Shown piece by piece: positions 20,272 to 30,648 of a DNA stretch of 64,000 nt; position 1 is the first letter of the stretch, and each line of letters starts with the position of its first letter. The notes beneath the pieces were generated by a model, which was not told the origin of the DNA, did no database searches, and saw only the letters and a program-made list of their open reading frames with translations. Position numbers and translations under genes: made by a program. This DNA comes from Enterococcus florum (lineage in GTDB: Bacteria; Bacillota; Bacilli; Lactobacillales; Enterococcaceae). The stretch is from positions 1-64,000 of the forward strand of contig NZ_BJCC01000038.1 of NCBI RefSeq assembly GCF_004309355.1. Reading direction: 5' to 3'.

Positions 20272-21270
20272 ATGGAAGAAGAACGTATTTTGTCGCCAGA
20301 GGCTGATGAAATCGAAAAAAGTTTAGAAAAATCGTTGCGTCCTCGTTTTCTTTCTCAATATATTGGACAGGATAAGGTCAAAACGGAGCTGCAGATCTAC
20401 ATTGAAGCAGCAAAAAATCGCAGCGAAGCGCTGGATCATGTGCTTTTGTATGGACCTCCTGGACTAGGAAAAACAACGATGGCCATGGTAATTGCCAATG
20501 AAATGAATGTAAAAATCCGTACCACCAGCGGTCCAGCAATCGAACGTCCGGGGGATTTGGTAGCGATCTTGAACGAACTGGAGCCCGGAGATGTCTTGTT
20601 TATTGACGAGATCCATCGACTTCCACGGGTCGCGGAGGAAACGCTGTATTCGGCGATGGAGGATTACTATGTCGATATCATGGTCGGTCAAGGGCCTACT
20701 GCCCACCCGGTTCATTTTCCGCTGCCGCCGTTTACATTGGTGGGAGCAACGACGCGTGCGGGGATGTTGTCTGCGCCGTTACGGGATCGTTTTGGGATCA
20801 TTTCTCACATGGAGTATTACGAAGAAGAGGATCTGCGGGAGATCGTGCTGCGTTCAGCAGACATTTTCCAAACGGAGATCGTCGAAGAAGGCGCCGTGGA
20901 GATCGCCCGTCGTTCCCGGGGGACGCCACGAATCGCCAATCGGCTGCTGAAGCGTATTCGTGATTTTGCCCAAGTCCAATCGGATGGTATAATTGATCGT
21001 TTTGTGGCAGACCAAGCGCTGCACTTATTGCAGGTCGATCAGGCAGGGCTGGATTACGTCGACCAAAAATTATTAAAGACCATGATCGAGCTGTACGGCG
21101 GAGGACCGGTCGGTTTGAGCACGCTAGCAGTCAATATTGGCGAAGAACGCGAAACGGTTGAAGATATGTACGAGCCCTATTTGATCCAAAAGGGCTTTAT
21201 GAAGCGGACTCCACGAGGCAGAATGGTCACACCGATGGCCTACGAGCATTTCAATTATCCTATAGAGTAG
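20272..21270 (+). CDS. ruvB: Holliday junction DNA helicase RuvB
   Basis: Walker [13 protein letters not shown]+ fold. Confidence 0.97.
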   Translation: MEEERILSPEADEIEKSLEKSLRPRFLSQYIGQDKVKTELQIYIEAAKNRSEALDHVLLYGPPGLGKTTMAMVIANEMNVKIRTTSGPAIERPGDLVAILNELEPGDVLFIDEIHRLPRVAEETLYSAMEDYYVDIMVGQGPTAHPVHFPLPPFTLVGATTRAGMLSAPLRDRFGIISHMEYYEEEDLREIVLRSADIFQTEIVEEGAVEIARRSRGTPRIANRLLKRIRDFAQVQSDGIIDRFVADQALHLLQVDQAGLDYVDQKLLKTMIELYGGGPVGLSTLAVNIGEERETVEDMYEPYLIQKGFMKRTPRGRMVTPMAYEHFNYPIE

Positions 21271-21280
21271 AGGTGGAACG

Positions 21281-21850
21281 ATGGCAGAAGGCAAAGGAGC
21301 AAAAGAGCAATTGGTCAATGCGTTGATCGGATTAACGGCCAAGCAGCCTTACGAAAAGTTGACTGTGCAGCAAATCAGTCAGGCGGCCTCTGTCAATCGT
21401 CAGAATTTTTATTATCACTTCAAGGATAAGCGGGCTTTGCTGCGCTATACCTATTATCAAAAAGGCCTCAATTACCTGCTGTCCGCAGAGCTTACCATCC
21501 GCAATTGGGAAGAATCAGTCTTGCAAATGCTGCGTAGGATGCAAGAATACCATTCCTTTTATTTAAACACGGTTCAGGCAGAGCCAGAGGTATTGTCCAA
21601 AGAATTTATCGCTTTGGCGAAACCATTGTTTGTTCGCCTGTTCGAGGATGTCGATCAGGAAGGGGAACTGTCCGCAACAGATAAGGACTTTTATGCGCGT
21701 TTTCTAGCTTATGGCTGTGGTGGAATCTTGACCGATTGGTTGTTGGGAGATGCCAAAGAACAGCCGATCGCCGTAGCGGCTCAGCTGTTCCGATTTGCCA
21801 AGGATATTGAATTTTTTGCCTATCGTTTATATGAGACCGATCAGGATTAG
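21281..21850 (+). CDS. TetR/AcrR-family transcriptional regulator
   Basis: N-terminal HTH (YEKLTVQQISQAASVNRQNFYYHFKDK). Confidence 0.75.
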   Translation: MAEGKGAKEQLVNALIGLTAKQPYEKLTVQQISQAASVNRQNFYYHFKDKRALLRYTYYQKGLNYLLSAELTIRNWEESVLQMLRRMQEYHSFYLNTVQAEPEVLSKEFIALAKPLFVRLFEDVDQEGELSATDKDFYARFLAYGCGGILTDWLLGDAKEQPIAVAAQLFRFAKDIEFFAYRLYETDQD

Positions 21851-22815
21851 GTCAAATCGTTCACGATGTAATCCAACGGCTCATCCTTTAGACAAGCGAT
21901 TGCATTTTTGGCGACGATCTCGGCCATTTGTTGACGAGCTTCGATACTGGCATTGCCGATATGCGGAGTCAAGATGACGTTTTTAAAGTCTTTCAGCGCC
22001 TCAGTCACTTTGGGTTCAAACTCATACACATCTAAAGCCGCTCCAGCAATCTGGTTACCTTTTAGGGCCTGCACCAACGCTTCTTCATGGATCAGCGGCC
22101 CGCGGGAAGCATTGATGACAAAGGCAGAGGCTTTCATCCGCTGAAAGGCTTCATGGTTCAACAAATGATGGGTCTCTTCCGTTAGTGGTGCGTGCAAGGT
22201 TAAAATATCTGCCTGTTCGATCACTTCTTCTTGTGAAAGATAGGTAGCATTTAAAGCAGCTTCTTCTTTCATTGGCAGTGCATGACGTTGGGTGTATACG
22301 ATCCTCATTCCGAAGGCAGTCATTTTTTCTGCCAACGAGCGACCGATCTGCCCCATGCCGATGATACCCAAGGTTTTATCCTTCAGCTCGCTGCCTAAGA
22401 AAAAGAGCGGTGCCCAGCCGGAAAAGCCTTCGTGATGCATCAGCTGATCGCCTTCAACGATTCTGCGAGACAAAGCGATGATCAGGCCTGCGGTCAGCTC
22501 CGCTGTGGCATTCGTCGAAACATAAGGGGTATTGGTGACAAAGATCCCTTTTTCTCGTGCGTAGTCGGTGTCAATATTGTTGAAGCCAGCACCGAAATTC
22601 GCGATCAGTTGAAGGTTTTCAGCATGATCGATGATTTCTTGATCGACTGGAGTAGACAGGGGGCAGATCAATACACGGCAGTTTTTTGTAGCTGCCAGCA
22701 GCTCTTTTTTTGAGATCACGCCAGAGCCTTCATAAACCGCGTATTCCAGTCCGGCTTCTTCTAAGCGTTGAATGCCATTTTGAGGAATGTCTGCGGAAAT
22801 AAAAATTTGTTTCAT
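21847..22815 (-). CDS. D-isomer-specific 2-hydroxyacid dehydrogenase (glyoxylate/hydroxypyruvate reductase-like)
   Basis: NAD-binding GIIGMGQIGRSLA plus the catalytic-domain architecture. Confidence 0.9.
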   Translation of the reverse strand: MKQIFISADIPQNGIQRLEEAGLEYAVYEGSGVISKKELLAATKNCRVLICPLSTPVDQEIIDHAENLQLIANFGAGFNNIDTDYAREKGIFVTNTPYVSTNATAELTAGLIIALSRRIVEGDQLMHHEGFSGWAPLFFLGSELKDKTLGIIGMGQIGRSLAEKMTAFGMRIVYTQRHALPMKEEAALNATYLSQEEVIEQADILTLHAPLTEETHHLLNHEAFQRMKASAFVINASRGPLIHEEALVQALKGNQIAGAALDVYEFEPKVTEALKDFKNVILTPHIGNASIEARQQMAEIVAKNAIACLKDEPLDYIVNDLT

Positions 22816-22929
22816 ACAACGACCTCATTTCTATAAACTACCTAAACTATAGCATGAAATCGCAAAAAGACCGAACAGGATGCTGAAGGATTTTTTGCAC
22901 AAGACGACAAATGAATAGGAGAATGTACG

Positions 22930-23385
22930 ATGACAAAGATTCTTTTTGTTTGTATGGGAAACATCTGCCGTTCGCCAATGGCAGAAGCCATTTTCCGCGA
23001 TCACTTTGAAAAAGAACACAAATCGGCGTTTCAAGTTGATTCAGCGGGCACAAGCCGCTGGGAAGTCGGCAATCCGCCGCACCGCGGGACCAAAAAAATG
23101 TTGAGCCGGCACGGGATCAGCACGCAGGGTATGCGAGCGCGTCAAATTGAGCAGCAGGATTTTTATGACGCCGACTATATCATCGGGATGGATCGGGAAA
23201 ACGTAGAGGATCTGGCAGCCATGGCACCGGAAGGAACCGAACAAAAGGTCTATCTGTATTTGGATCGGACTCCCGGCATGGAAGGCCAAGGGATTCCGGA
23301 CCCATGGTACACAGGAGACTTTGATCAAACGTATGATTTGATTCAGGCGGGCCTGCCTTATTGGTTAACTTTTTTTGAAGAATGA
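22930..23385 (+). CDS. Low-molecular-weight protein-tyrosine phosphatase
   Basis: P-loop CMGNICRSPMAE and a DP motif. Confidence 0.9.
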   Translation: MTKILFVCMGNICRSPMAEAIFRDHFEKEHKSAFQVDSAGTSRWEVGNPPHRGTKKMLSRHGISTQGMRARQIEQQDFYDADYIIGMDRENVEDLAAMAPEGTEQKVYLYLDRTPGMEGQGIPDPWYTGDFDQTYDLIQAGLPYWLTFFEE

Positions 23386-23453
23386 AGCATTTTTTTTGTA
23401 ATTCCTAAAAATTTCGATAAAATCAAAGTACGTTCTTGCGAGGAGGAAACTGG

Positions 23454-23819
23454 ATGAAGAAAAAAACTGGAAAAGCTAAAAAGAACTTGATCAAAGCCTT
23501 TTCAAATTCGTCTTTTCGTTTTTTATCGGATTTTTTGAATGATTCTGGGGAGAAACGTGCGCAGGCGCAAGCGAATGAAACCATCATCAATCAACTGAAC
23601 ACCGCGGCACTGCAAAACAGTTTGGTCGTTCTCCAAGTCCAAAGTGAAAAAGACCCGGAAAAATTTGAAACGGTTTCAGGTTGGCTGCCGAAATCTGTCG
23701 GCAAGGATTCATTGGTGATCCGAACCCAAGAGGATCAGCTGCAAATGTTGAAGATCGAGGCGATCAAAAAAGTGACAACCCTCTCGCCGAAGGGTGATCA
23801 AGAACGCGTCTCACGGTAA
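23454..23819 (+). CDS. Hypothetical protein
   Basis: ORF with RBS GAGGAGG before ATG 23454. No recognised domain. Confidence 0.5.
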   Translation: MKKKTGKAKKNLIKAFSNSSFRFLSDFLNDSGEKRAQAQANETIINQLNTAALQNSLVVLQVQSEKDPEKFETVSGWLPKSVGKDSLVIRTQEDQLQMLKIEAIKKVTTLSPKGDQERVSR

Positions 23820-23882
23820 AGGAATCTTTTCTTTTCGAGACGAATATGATAGACTGATAAAGTACAAAATACTAAAAGAATA

Positions 23883-24032
23883 ATACTGTCACAAAGGGGA
23901 GCCTTCGGGCTGAGAATGAGGACACTCTAAACCCTGGTACCTGTTTCGGTCATTCGAGCGTAGGAATTGTGATGAAGTAAGATAGATTACTTCTCCTTTG
24001 TGAACCGTATGTTCAAAGAGGAGGATTTTTTT
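23883..24032 (+). promoter_or_regulatory. TPP (THI-box) riboswitch with an SD-sequestering expression platform, upstream of thiT
   Basis: GGGGAGCC...GGCTGAGA...ACCC...TACCTG...GGTCATTCGAGCGTAGGAA matches the conserved THI-element cores. Downstream, cttctcctttg can pair with the RBS caaagaggagg. Confidence 0.85.
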
Positions 24033-24617
24033 ATGCACGCAAACACACGAATCATGATGGAAGGAACGATCGTAGCCGCACTGGCCTTCATGCTTTCCTT
24101 GCTGCCGACCACTATTGGCAGCAGTCTGACGATCTCTTTAGGGATGATTCCGATGACCTTGTTCGGCCTGCGCCGCGGCGTTCGTCCGGCCTTGCTGTCT
24201 GCCTTCATTTGGGGCATCCTGCATTTCCCGGCCGGTGATGTGCAGTTTCTCAGTGTGATCCAGGTACTGATCGAATACCCGATCGCCTTCACCTTTGCAG
24301 GTTTTGCCGGTCTATATGCGCAGAAGGTACAAAAGGCCTTGCTGAATGACGATCAGCGAGCGGCAGTGAAAAACGTTGCTCTAGCTTCATTCATCGGAAC
24401 AGGTGCGCGATTCTTCTGGCATTTTATTGCCGGTGTTGTTTTTTGGGGAAGCTATGCGCTGTGGGGAATGAATCCGTGGCTCTTCTCTTTGGTAATGAAT
24501 GGAGCTGGCGGCATCGCCACTGCTGCGGTGACAGCAATCGTGTCCGTGATACTAGTCAAAAAGGTTCCGCAGCTCTTTTTGCCCAAAGACATGAAGTATG
24601 CTAAACAGCCGCGATAA
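24033..24617 (+). CDS. thiT: Thiamine ECF-transporter S component ThiT (YuaJ family)
   Basis: About 190-aa multi-TM protein directly downstream of a TPP riboswitch. Confidence 0.8.
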   Translation: MHANTRIMMEGTIVAALAFMLSLLPTTIGSSLTISLGMIPMTLFGLRRGVRPALLSAFIWGILHFPAGDVQFLSVIQVLIEYPIAFTFAGFAGLYAQKVQKALLNDDQRAAVKNVALASFIGTGARFFWHFIAGVVFWGSYALWGMNPWLFSLVMNGAGGIATAAVTAIVSVILVKKVPQLFLPKDMKYAKQPR

Positions 24618-24649
24618 TGAACTAAACAATAAGAGGCACAGCTTCACAC

Positions 24650-24690
24650 AAAAAACACGTTTGCTCTTGGCCGGCAAACGTGTTTTTTAA
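24650..24690. terminator. Bidirectional terminator between convergent genes
   Basis: aaaaaacacgtttgc-cttggccg-gcaaacgtgttttttaa. Confidence 0.75.
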
Positions 24691-25457
24691 CGAAATGAGA
24701 ACGCAAAATCATCGGTCTCCATCTCCAGGCTCCATGATTGACGCGCAGTGTCATAGAGCAGCGTAGCGATTTTTTGATCTTGCTTGAAGCTGGGCTGGTG
24801 CTTGCGCCAGCCTTTTTCATCTGACAGATAAATCGGCAGACGATAGGTGCGGCCGTCCAGCTCCGCGTGGGAGAAACAGAATACTGCGCCTTCTTGGAAA
24901 TACGGATACAGCTCTTTTAAGATGTCACCTTCCAACCGAGCGACAGAAGCTCCTTTGCGGAAAAAGGAACGACGATCATTGACCTTTTCTAAGGTAATTC
25001 GAGTGATTTTATTGGCTAATATTCGGTAAAATTCGTCCAAATAACGGTAGTAGACCCTTAGAGTCTCACTACCCAAATTGAAATAGACGAAATTATTTTG
25101 TAATTTATAGAAGAAAGGAGAGTGCAGATGGGTTCTCATATGGCCAAAATACAGCAGCTCTGAGATTTCAAGCGGCGTCAATTCCTTCAGCAGCGCAGGA
25201 TCTTTAAAATCGATCCATTTGTTGGTGGTCGATTGACTGAAATGTCGATTTTTAAAAAATTGAGCCACTGCGTGAGCCCCGCTGATACTTCGCAATCCAC
25301 TATGTGTATCGAATTCACCAGCCTCCGCAGCAGGGTCCAGTAATAACAAGTGTTCAGGGTGATGAACAATCCCTTCAGTAAAATCGATCGGAGAAAGGCC
25401 CTTTGAAAGAACAGCATTACTGGTCGTATCGATGTATACAAATAGCGTTTCTAGCAA
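24687..25457 (-). CDS. Hypothetical cytoplasmic protein, 256 aa, no recognised domain
   Basis: Long ORF with a convergent terminator. No motif I can name. Confidence 0.55.
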   Translation of the reverse strand: MLETLFVYIDTTSNAVLSKGLSPIDFTEGIVHHPEHLLLLDPAAEAGEFDTHSGLRSISGAHAVAQFFKNRHFSQSTTNKWIDFKDPALLKELTPLEISELLYFGHMRTHLHSPFFYKLQNNFVYFNLGSETLRVYYRYLDEFYRILANKITRITLEKVNDRRSFFRKGASVARLEGDILKELYPYFQEGAVFCFSHAELDGRTYRLPIYLSDEKGWRKHQPSFKQDQKIATLLYDTARQSWSLEMETDDFAFSFR

Positions 25458-25729
25458 AACTGTTCACCCTCTTCACAAGTATTCAACCCCATTTTACCTT
25501 ATTGGATTGAAAAAAGCTTGTATCTTTTATTTTAAAATTAGATTACAGGCCGCTGGTTTTGTGAAACATTTTTCATGTTTTTTTCAATTTTATTTTCCTT
25601 TGAAAAAATAACGGAAAATCAAATGCGGATTTTGTAAATAAAAAATTAAGACGCCTTTTTTTCTTATTTCCTCCGATGACTTATGAAACAAATATGGTAT
25701 GATAGAGGGGAGTATGAGGAGGCTAGTTG

Positions 25730-26443
25730 ATGGCGAAGAAACGAAAAAAAAGCAATTGGTTGTTGAATATATTTTTGGTCTTGTTATTGGTCGTAGGATT
25801 GGCCTTGATTTTCAATAACCAAATCAAGAATTTCCTAATTCGCTACAACGGCGATCGTTATGCAGTGGCAAACGTAACCAAGCAGGAGATCGAAGAGAAC
25901 ATGAATCAAGAAGCTCCTTTTGATTTTGATGCGGTAGAGCCTTCTAGTACTGAGGCCGTTCTGCGGGCACAATTAAGCAACAAACGGCTGCCTGTGATCG
26001 GCGGGATCGCGATTCCTGCGGTTCAGATCAATTTGCCGATCTTCAAAGGACTTTCCAATGAAGCACTGCTCTATGGCGCCGGCACCTTGGAGCCAGAGCA
26101 AAAAATGGGTGAAGGCAATTATGGGTTAGCTAGTCACCGGGCCTATGAGCCGGATTTGCTGTTCACCCCTTTAGAGAACGTCAACGAGGGAGACAAGATT
26201 TATTTGACTGACATGACCAATATCTACACGTACAAGACAACCTTGAAGGTGCGTGTACAGCCTACGGAAGTCAAGTATCTGGATGTTTTGCCGGATAAGC
26301 GGCAAGTCACATTGATCACCTGCGGCGAGATCGACGGCATCACTCGGATTATTGTTCAAGGAGAGCTGACAGCAGTCACACCAGCAGATAGAGCGACCAA
26401 ACCGATGTCAGAAGCCTTCAATATGCAGCAGAAAACCTATTAA
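25730..26443 (+). CDS. srtA: Class A sortase
   Basis: N-terminal TM anchor and the TLITC catalytic-Cys motif. RBS GAGGAGG 8 nt before ATG 25730. Confidence 0.88.
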   Translation: MAKKRKKSNWLLNIFLVLLLVVGLALIFNNQIKNFLIRYNGDRYAVANVTKQEIEENMNQEAPFDFDAVEPSSTEAVLRAQLSNKRLPVIGGIAIPAVQINLPIFKGLSNEALLYGAGTLEPEQKMGEGNYGLASHRAYEPDLLFTPLENVNEGDKIYLTDMTNIYTYKTTLKVRVQPTEVKYLDVLPDKRQVTLITCGEIDGITRIIVQGELTAVTPADRATKPMSEAFNMQQKTY

Positions 26444-26536
26444 AACGAAACAAGAGCGTGGGATGAAAGAGACCTCACGCTCTTTTCTGAACAGAAATAG
26501 TCGAACAGTTATTCCACTGAACAGGGGAGGAAAGCC

Positions 26537-28159
26537 ATGAAAGTAAAAAAGCTCTACCCTTCTGAGCTGGCGGATCATTGGTCCACGATCCATGAGTCTA
26601 TGCTTCTGCTGCCTTTTTTTACCTCGCAGCAGCAAAGCCGCGCCCAATTTGTGCGAGCTGTAAAAAACAAGCAAGCCTTTTTGCTGACCTTTAAACAAGA
26701 AACGCTTTTTTTGGAAATCGATCAAACACCAAAGACTTGGACGATCAAAAATCTTTTGTCGTCCAGTGACCTCACATGGAAAATCCTTTTTGGGGTACTA
26801 GAGGCGGCGGTCCGTCAGGCATTTATTCCGGAGATTCATCTGTCTGTTGACGTGAACGAAATCGCGGCCAGCTGGCTGAGCCAACACAGCTATCGCCAAG
26901 CCGATCAAGGCTGGAAAAAAACGTTGTCATATCATACTGCACTGGTCTTAGGCGGCGGCGGTGCCCGCGGCGCTTATCAAATTGGAGTCTGGAAGGCATT
27001 GCGTGAAAAAAAGATTTCCTTTGACTTACTCGTTGGTTGCTCAGTTGGCAGCTTGAATGGTGCGTTGATCGCGCAAAATGATTTTGCGGCGGCTCGGTCA
27101 TTGTGGGAGCAGATCGCCACAGATCGGGTGTTGAAGATCACTTTTCGTGAACTGGAGGCTGCTGATTTCACACTGCAGGTCCAGCAGCTGCGGCAATTTG
27201 TACTGACTGCCTTGAAGCAAAAAGGCTTGTCCACAGCACCGCTGCGCGAGCTTTTGGAAAATCAGCTGGACGCAGAAGCGCTCGTCTCTGCCTGTCCATT
27301 GTATGTTGCAGCGACTCGCGTTCCCACCTTTCAGGAAGTCGTGGTAAAATTGAATGACAAATCTGCAGAAGAAGTAATCTCTTGGCTGCTGGCTTCCTCG
27401 GCCTTTTTCCCGATGATGTCATTAGAAGTGATCGATGGGGTCATTTACGCCGATGGCGGGTATCGCAACAATGTCCCGGTGGATGTCGCCTTAAAAAAGG
27501 GGGCCACCGAGCTGATCGTAGTGGATGTTCATGGTCCCGGCTTTGTTAAGGATGTTTCAATCCCCGAGGATGTAGCGGTCGTGACTTTATCCAGCCATTG
27601 GAGTTTAGGGGAGATGCTGCTGTTTCAAAGTCAGCGGGCCGTCAGCAACATCACATTAGGCTATTTGGAGACCAAAAGGCAGTTCGGTGAGCTGCAGGGA
27701 ACGGACTATTTTTTTGGTTTGAAGGAAGATTTCGCTGGGCTGACCAAACGCTTTATCCGTTATGCACAGAAGCACACAGAAGAAACACTTGTACAGCTGG
27801 CCAAGGTTTACAAAGCCGAGTTCGACGAGCCGCTGGAGCTTTTGAGCCAGTCTTTTTTAGAGCAATGGGCCAAATGGACCAAACGTTCTCCTTTAAAGGT
27901 CTATACGATCGCAGAGCTGGAAGAGGAGATCTGTCGGCAGATCCAAGAACCTGCAGCGGTCGATTATCTGCCTTCTGTCAGAGAATACTTGGAGGAATAC
28001 TGGCAGGAGCTGAATGTACTGTCTGATCACAAACGGGCAGTGAAGATCCATCAGCAGCGGCCGCAGTCCATCAAATGGGTCTACCAGCGCTGGCCGTTGC
28101 CGGCATTGCTGTCCCTGTTTTTGACGTTTATTCAAGAAGAACAGCGGTTAGAAAAATAA
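26537..28159 (+). CDS. Patatin-like phospholipase with an uncharacterised ~125-aa N-terminal domain and a long C-terminal extension
   Basis: GGGARGAYQIG (oxyanion/Gly-rich) and GCSVGS (GxSxG) motifs. Confidence 0.8.
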   Translation: MKVKKLYPSELADHWSTIHESMLLLPFFTSQQQSRAQFVRAVKNKQAFLLTFKQETLFLEIDQTPKTWTIKNLLSSSDLTWKILFGVLEAAVRQAFIPEIHLSVDVNEIAASWLSQHSYRQADQGWKKTLSYHTALVLGGGGARGAYQIGVWKALREKKISFDLLVGCSVGSLNGALIAQNDFAAARSLWEQIATDRVLKITFRELEAADFTLQVQQLRQFVLTALKQKGLSTAPLRELLENQLDAEALVSACPLYVAATRVPTFQEVVVKLNDKSAEEVISWLLASSAFFPMMSLEVIDGVIYADGGYRNNVPVDVALKKGATELIVVDVHGPGFVKDVSIPEDVAVVTLSSHWSLGEMLLFQSQRAVSNITLGYLETKRQFGELQGTDYFFGLKEDFAGLTKRFIRYAQKHTEETLVQLAKVYKAEFDEPLELLSQSFLEQWAKWTKRSPLKVYTIAELEEEICRQIQEPAAVDYLPSVREYLEEYWQELNVLSDHKRAVKIHQQRPQSIKWVYQRWPLPALLSLFLTFIQEEQRLEK

Positions 28160-28225
28160 AACAGCGTATTTTATAAATGATGAAGGCTTGGAAAAGTCTT
28201 TGAGATAGAATCAGGAGGAATCGAC

Positions 28226-28441
28226 ATGGCAGAATTTAATTATGAGATCGTGGAAGAAATTGCAGTATTGTCAGAAAATCCGAAAGGCTGGCGCAAGGAA
28301 TTAAATCTAGTCAGCTGGAACAGTCGGCCGCCAAAATTTGATTTACGCGATTGGGCGCCCGGACACGAAAAGATGGGCAAAGGTGTCACCTTGACCAACG
28401 AAGAATTTGAGGCTCTGCAAGAAATCATCAAAGGAATGTAG
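28226..28441 (+). CDS. YdbC-like PC4-fold protein (DUF-type, ssDNA-binding-like)
   Basis: The 71-aa sequence matches the conserved YdbC family (...WRKELNLVSWNSRPPKFDLRDW...). Confidence 0.7.
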   Translation: MAEFNYEIVEEIAVLSENPKGWRKELNLVSWNSRPPKFDLRDWAPGHEKMGKGVTLTNEEFEALQEIIKGM

Positions 28442-28450
28442 GGAGAAACG

Positions 28451-29335
28451 ATGAAAAGTATGACTGGTTATGGTCAAGCGACCAAGGTAAATGATGCCTA
28501 TGAATTGAGTATTGAGCTGAAAAGCGTCAACAATCGGTTTCTCGATTTTCAGATCCGGATGCCTAAGGAGCTGAATCCGTTTGAAACTATGTTACGAAAA
28601 ATCGCCAAGGAACAAGTGCAGCGCGGACGAGTCGATATGTATGTGAATCTGACAACGTTAAAGAGCGGCAATAAGCAAGTGGTGGTCCAATGGGAATTGT
28701 TGGAGCAATTGGTCGGTGAATTGACTGCTGGAGCAAAAGAACGCTTTGGCAGCAGTGCGCTTTCTCCGGAAGAAATCGTGCTGAAAAGCATCGAACTGCC
28801 TGATTATGTCACGATTTTGGATCGGCAAGAGGCTGACGAGACGTTGGAACAGCTGGTGAAGGAAACAGCTATCCAAGCATTTCAGGAGCTGGTGAAGAGT
28901 CGTGAGGCTGAAGGCTCAGGAATCAAGGCTGTTTTAATGGGGTATCAGCAGGACGTTGCCGGCTATGTGGAAGAACTAAAGGGTTTTGTGGCAGTGTATG
29001 AAGCAGATTTTCAAAAACGCTATGAGACAAAGCTGCAGGAATGTCTTGGCGGCACAGTGGATCAGGATCGGCTGTTGACTGAGCTGGCGATCCTCTTGGA
29101 ACGTGGCGACATTCATGAGGAGCTGGACCGGTTGGCGATCCATTTGGAAAAAATGAATCACCTGCTGCAAAGCGAGGAACCTATTGGTCGCGAGCTGGAT
29201 TTTCTGATGCAGGAGTTAAACCGCGAGGTCAACACGATCGGTTCGAAGTCCAGTCCGATCCAAATCAAGGATATCGTGGTACAATTAAAGACGATCCTCG
29301 AAAAAATTCGTGAACAAATCCAAAATGTCGAGTAA
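28451..29335 (+). CDS. YicC/YloC-family stress-induced protein
   Basis: MKSMTGYGQA N-terminus and YicC family architecture. Confidence 0.85.
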   Translation: MKSMTGYGQATKVNDAYELSIELKSVNNRFLDFQIRMPKELNPFETMLRKIAKEQVQRGRVDMYVNLTTLKSGNKQVVVQWELLEQLVGELTAGAKERFGSSALSPEEIVLKSIELPDYVTILDRQEADETLEQLVKETAIQAFQELVKSREAEGSGIKAVLMGYQQDVAGYVEELKGFVAVYEADFQKRYETKLQECLGGTVDQDRLLTELAILLERGDIHEELDRLAIHLEKMNHLLQSEEPIGRELDFLMQELNREVNTIGSKSSPIQIKDIVVQLKTILEKIREQIQNVE

Positions 29336-29448
29336 CAAAATGCCTTAAAACAAGTCTTTCAGGTTAAAAATAGGTGACAGACGCCCTAGACCCCTTGAAA
29401 TCTGCGCCAAAAAAGTGCACAATAAGCGTTAGCGAAAAAAGACCATGA

Positions 29449-30075
<627 letters not shown>

Positions 30076-30079
30076 ACTT

Positions 30080-30385
30080 ATGATGTTAAAACCATCGATT
30101 GATACCTTATTGGATCATGTGAATTCCAAGTATTCTTTAGTTATTCTAGCAAGCAAACGCGCTCATGAATTAGATGCAGGTTCTCAGCCCACACTGGAAT
30201 CCTTTGATTCTGTGAAAAATGTCGGCAAAGCCTTGGAAGAAATCGATTCCGGCACGGTAATTAACGACCCTCACCCAGAGATCAAACGCGAACGCTTAAG
30301 ATTAGAAGCCGAAGAACGCAAAATGCAGCGGGAACGCGAGCAACGTGAATTAGAAGCACGCATCCGCAGCGAACAAAACAATTAA
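30080..30385 (+). CDS. rpoZ: DNA-directed RNA polymerase omega subunit
   Basis: [15 protein letters not shown] motif. Confidence 0.9.
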   Translation: MMLKPSIDTLLDHVNSKYSLVILASKRAHELDAGSQPTLESFDSVKNVGKALEEIDSGTVINDPHPEIKRERLRLEAEERKMQREREQRELEARIRSEQNN

Positions 30386-30422
30386 GAAACAGGTGTTTAA
30401 TACACCTGTTTCCTTTTATTTT
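30386..30422 (+). terminator. Rho-independent terminator
   Basis: gaaacaggtgt-ttaat-acacctgtttc followed by a T-rich tail. Confidence 0.7.
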
Positions 30423-30648
30423 ATCCAGCAAAGAAATGTGGCATCGCATATCAGCTTCACGAATGGGCTGGAGCCTTTTCAGGGACTCGGCTGCTTTGCG
30501 AAGCCGCCTTTTTATGCACTGAAAAAGATTGGTTAAGTCTGACGGAAATTCATTCAATCGTCGTCATTTTTTAGTACAATGAATACGATACATAGAAAAA
30601 ACAACTGTCGCAATACAGCAAAGAAGAATCAAAGGAGGCATGAGGAAG

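Noticed and set aside
25500-25640. A 20-aa hydrophobic mini-ORF (MFFSILFSFEKITENQMRIL) in the divergent promoter region upstream of srtA
   Set aside because: - No RBS.
- The region is AT-rich promoter DNA.
- It is probably a chance ORF.
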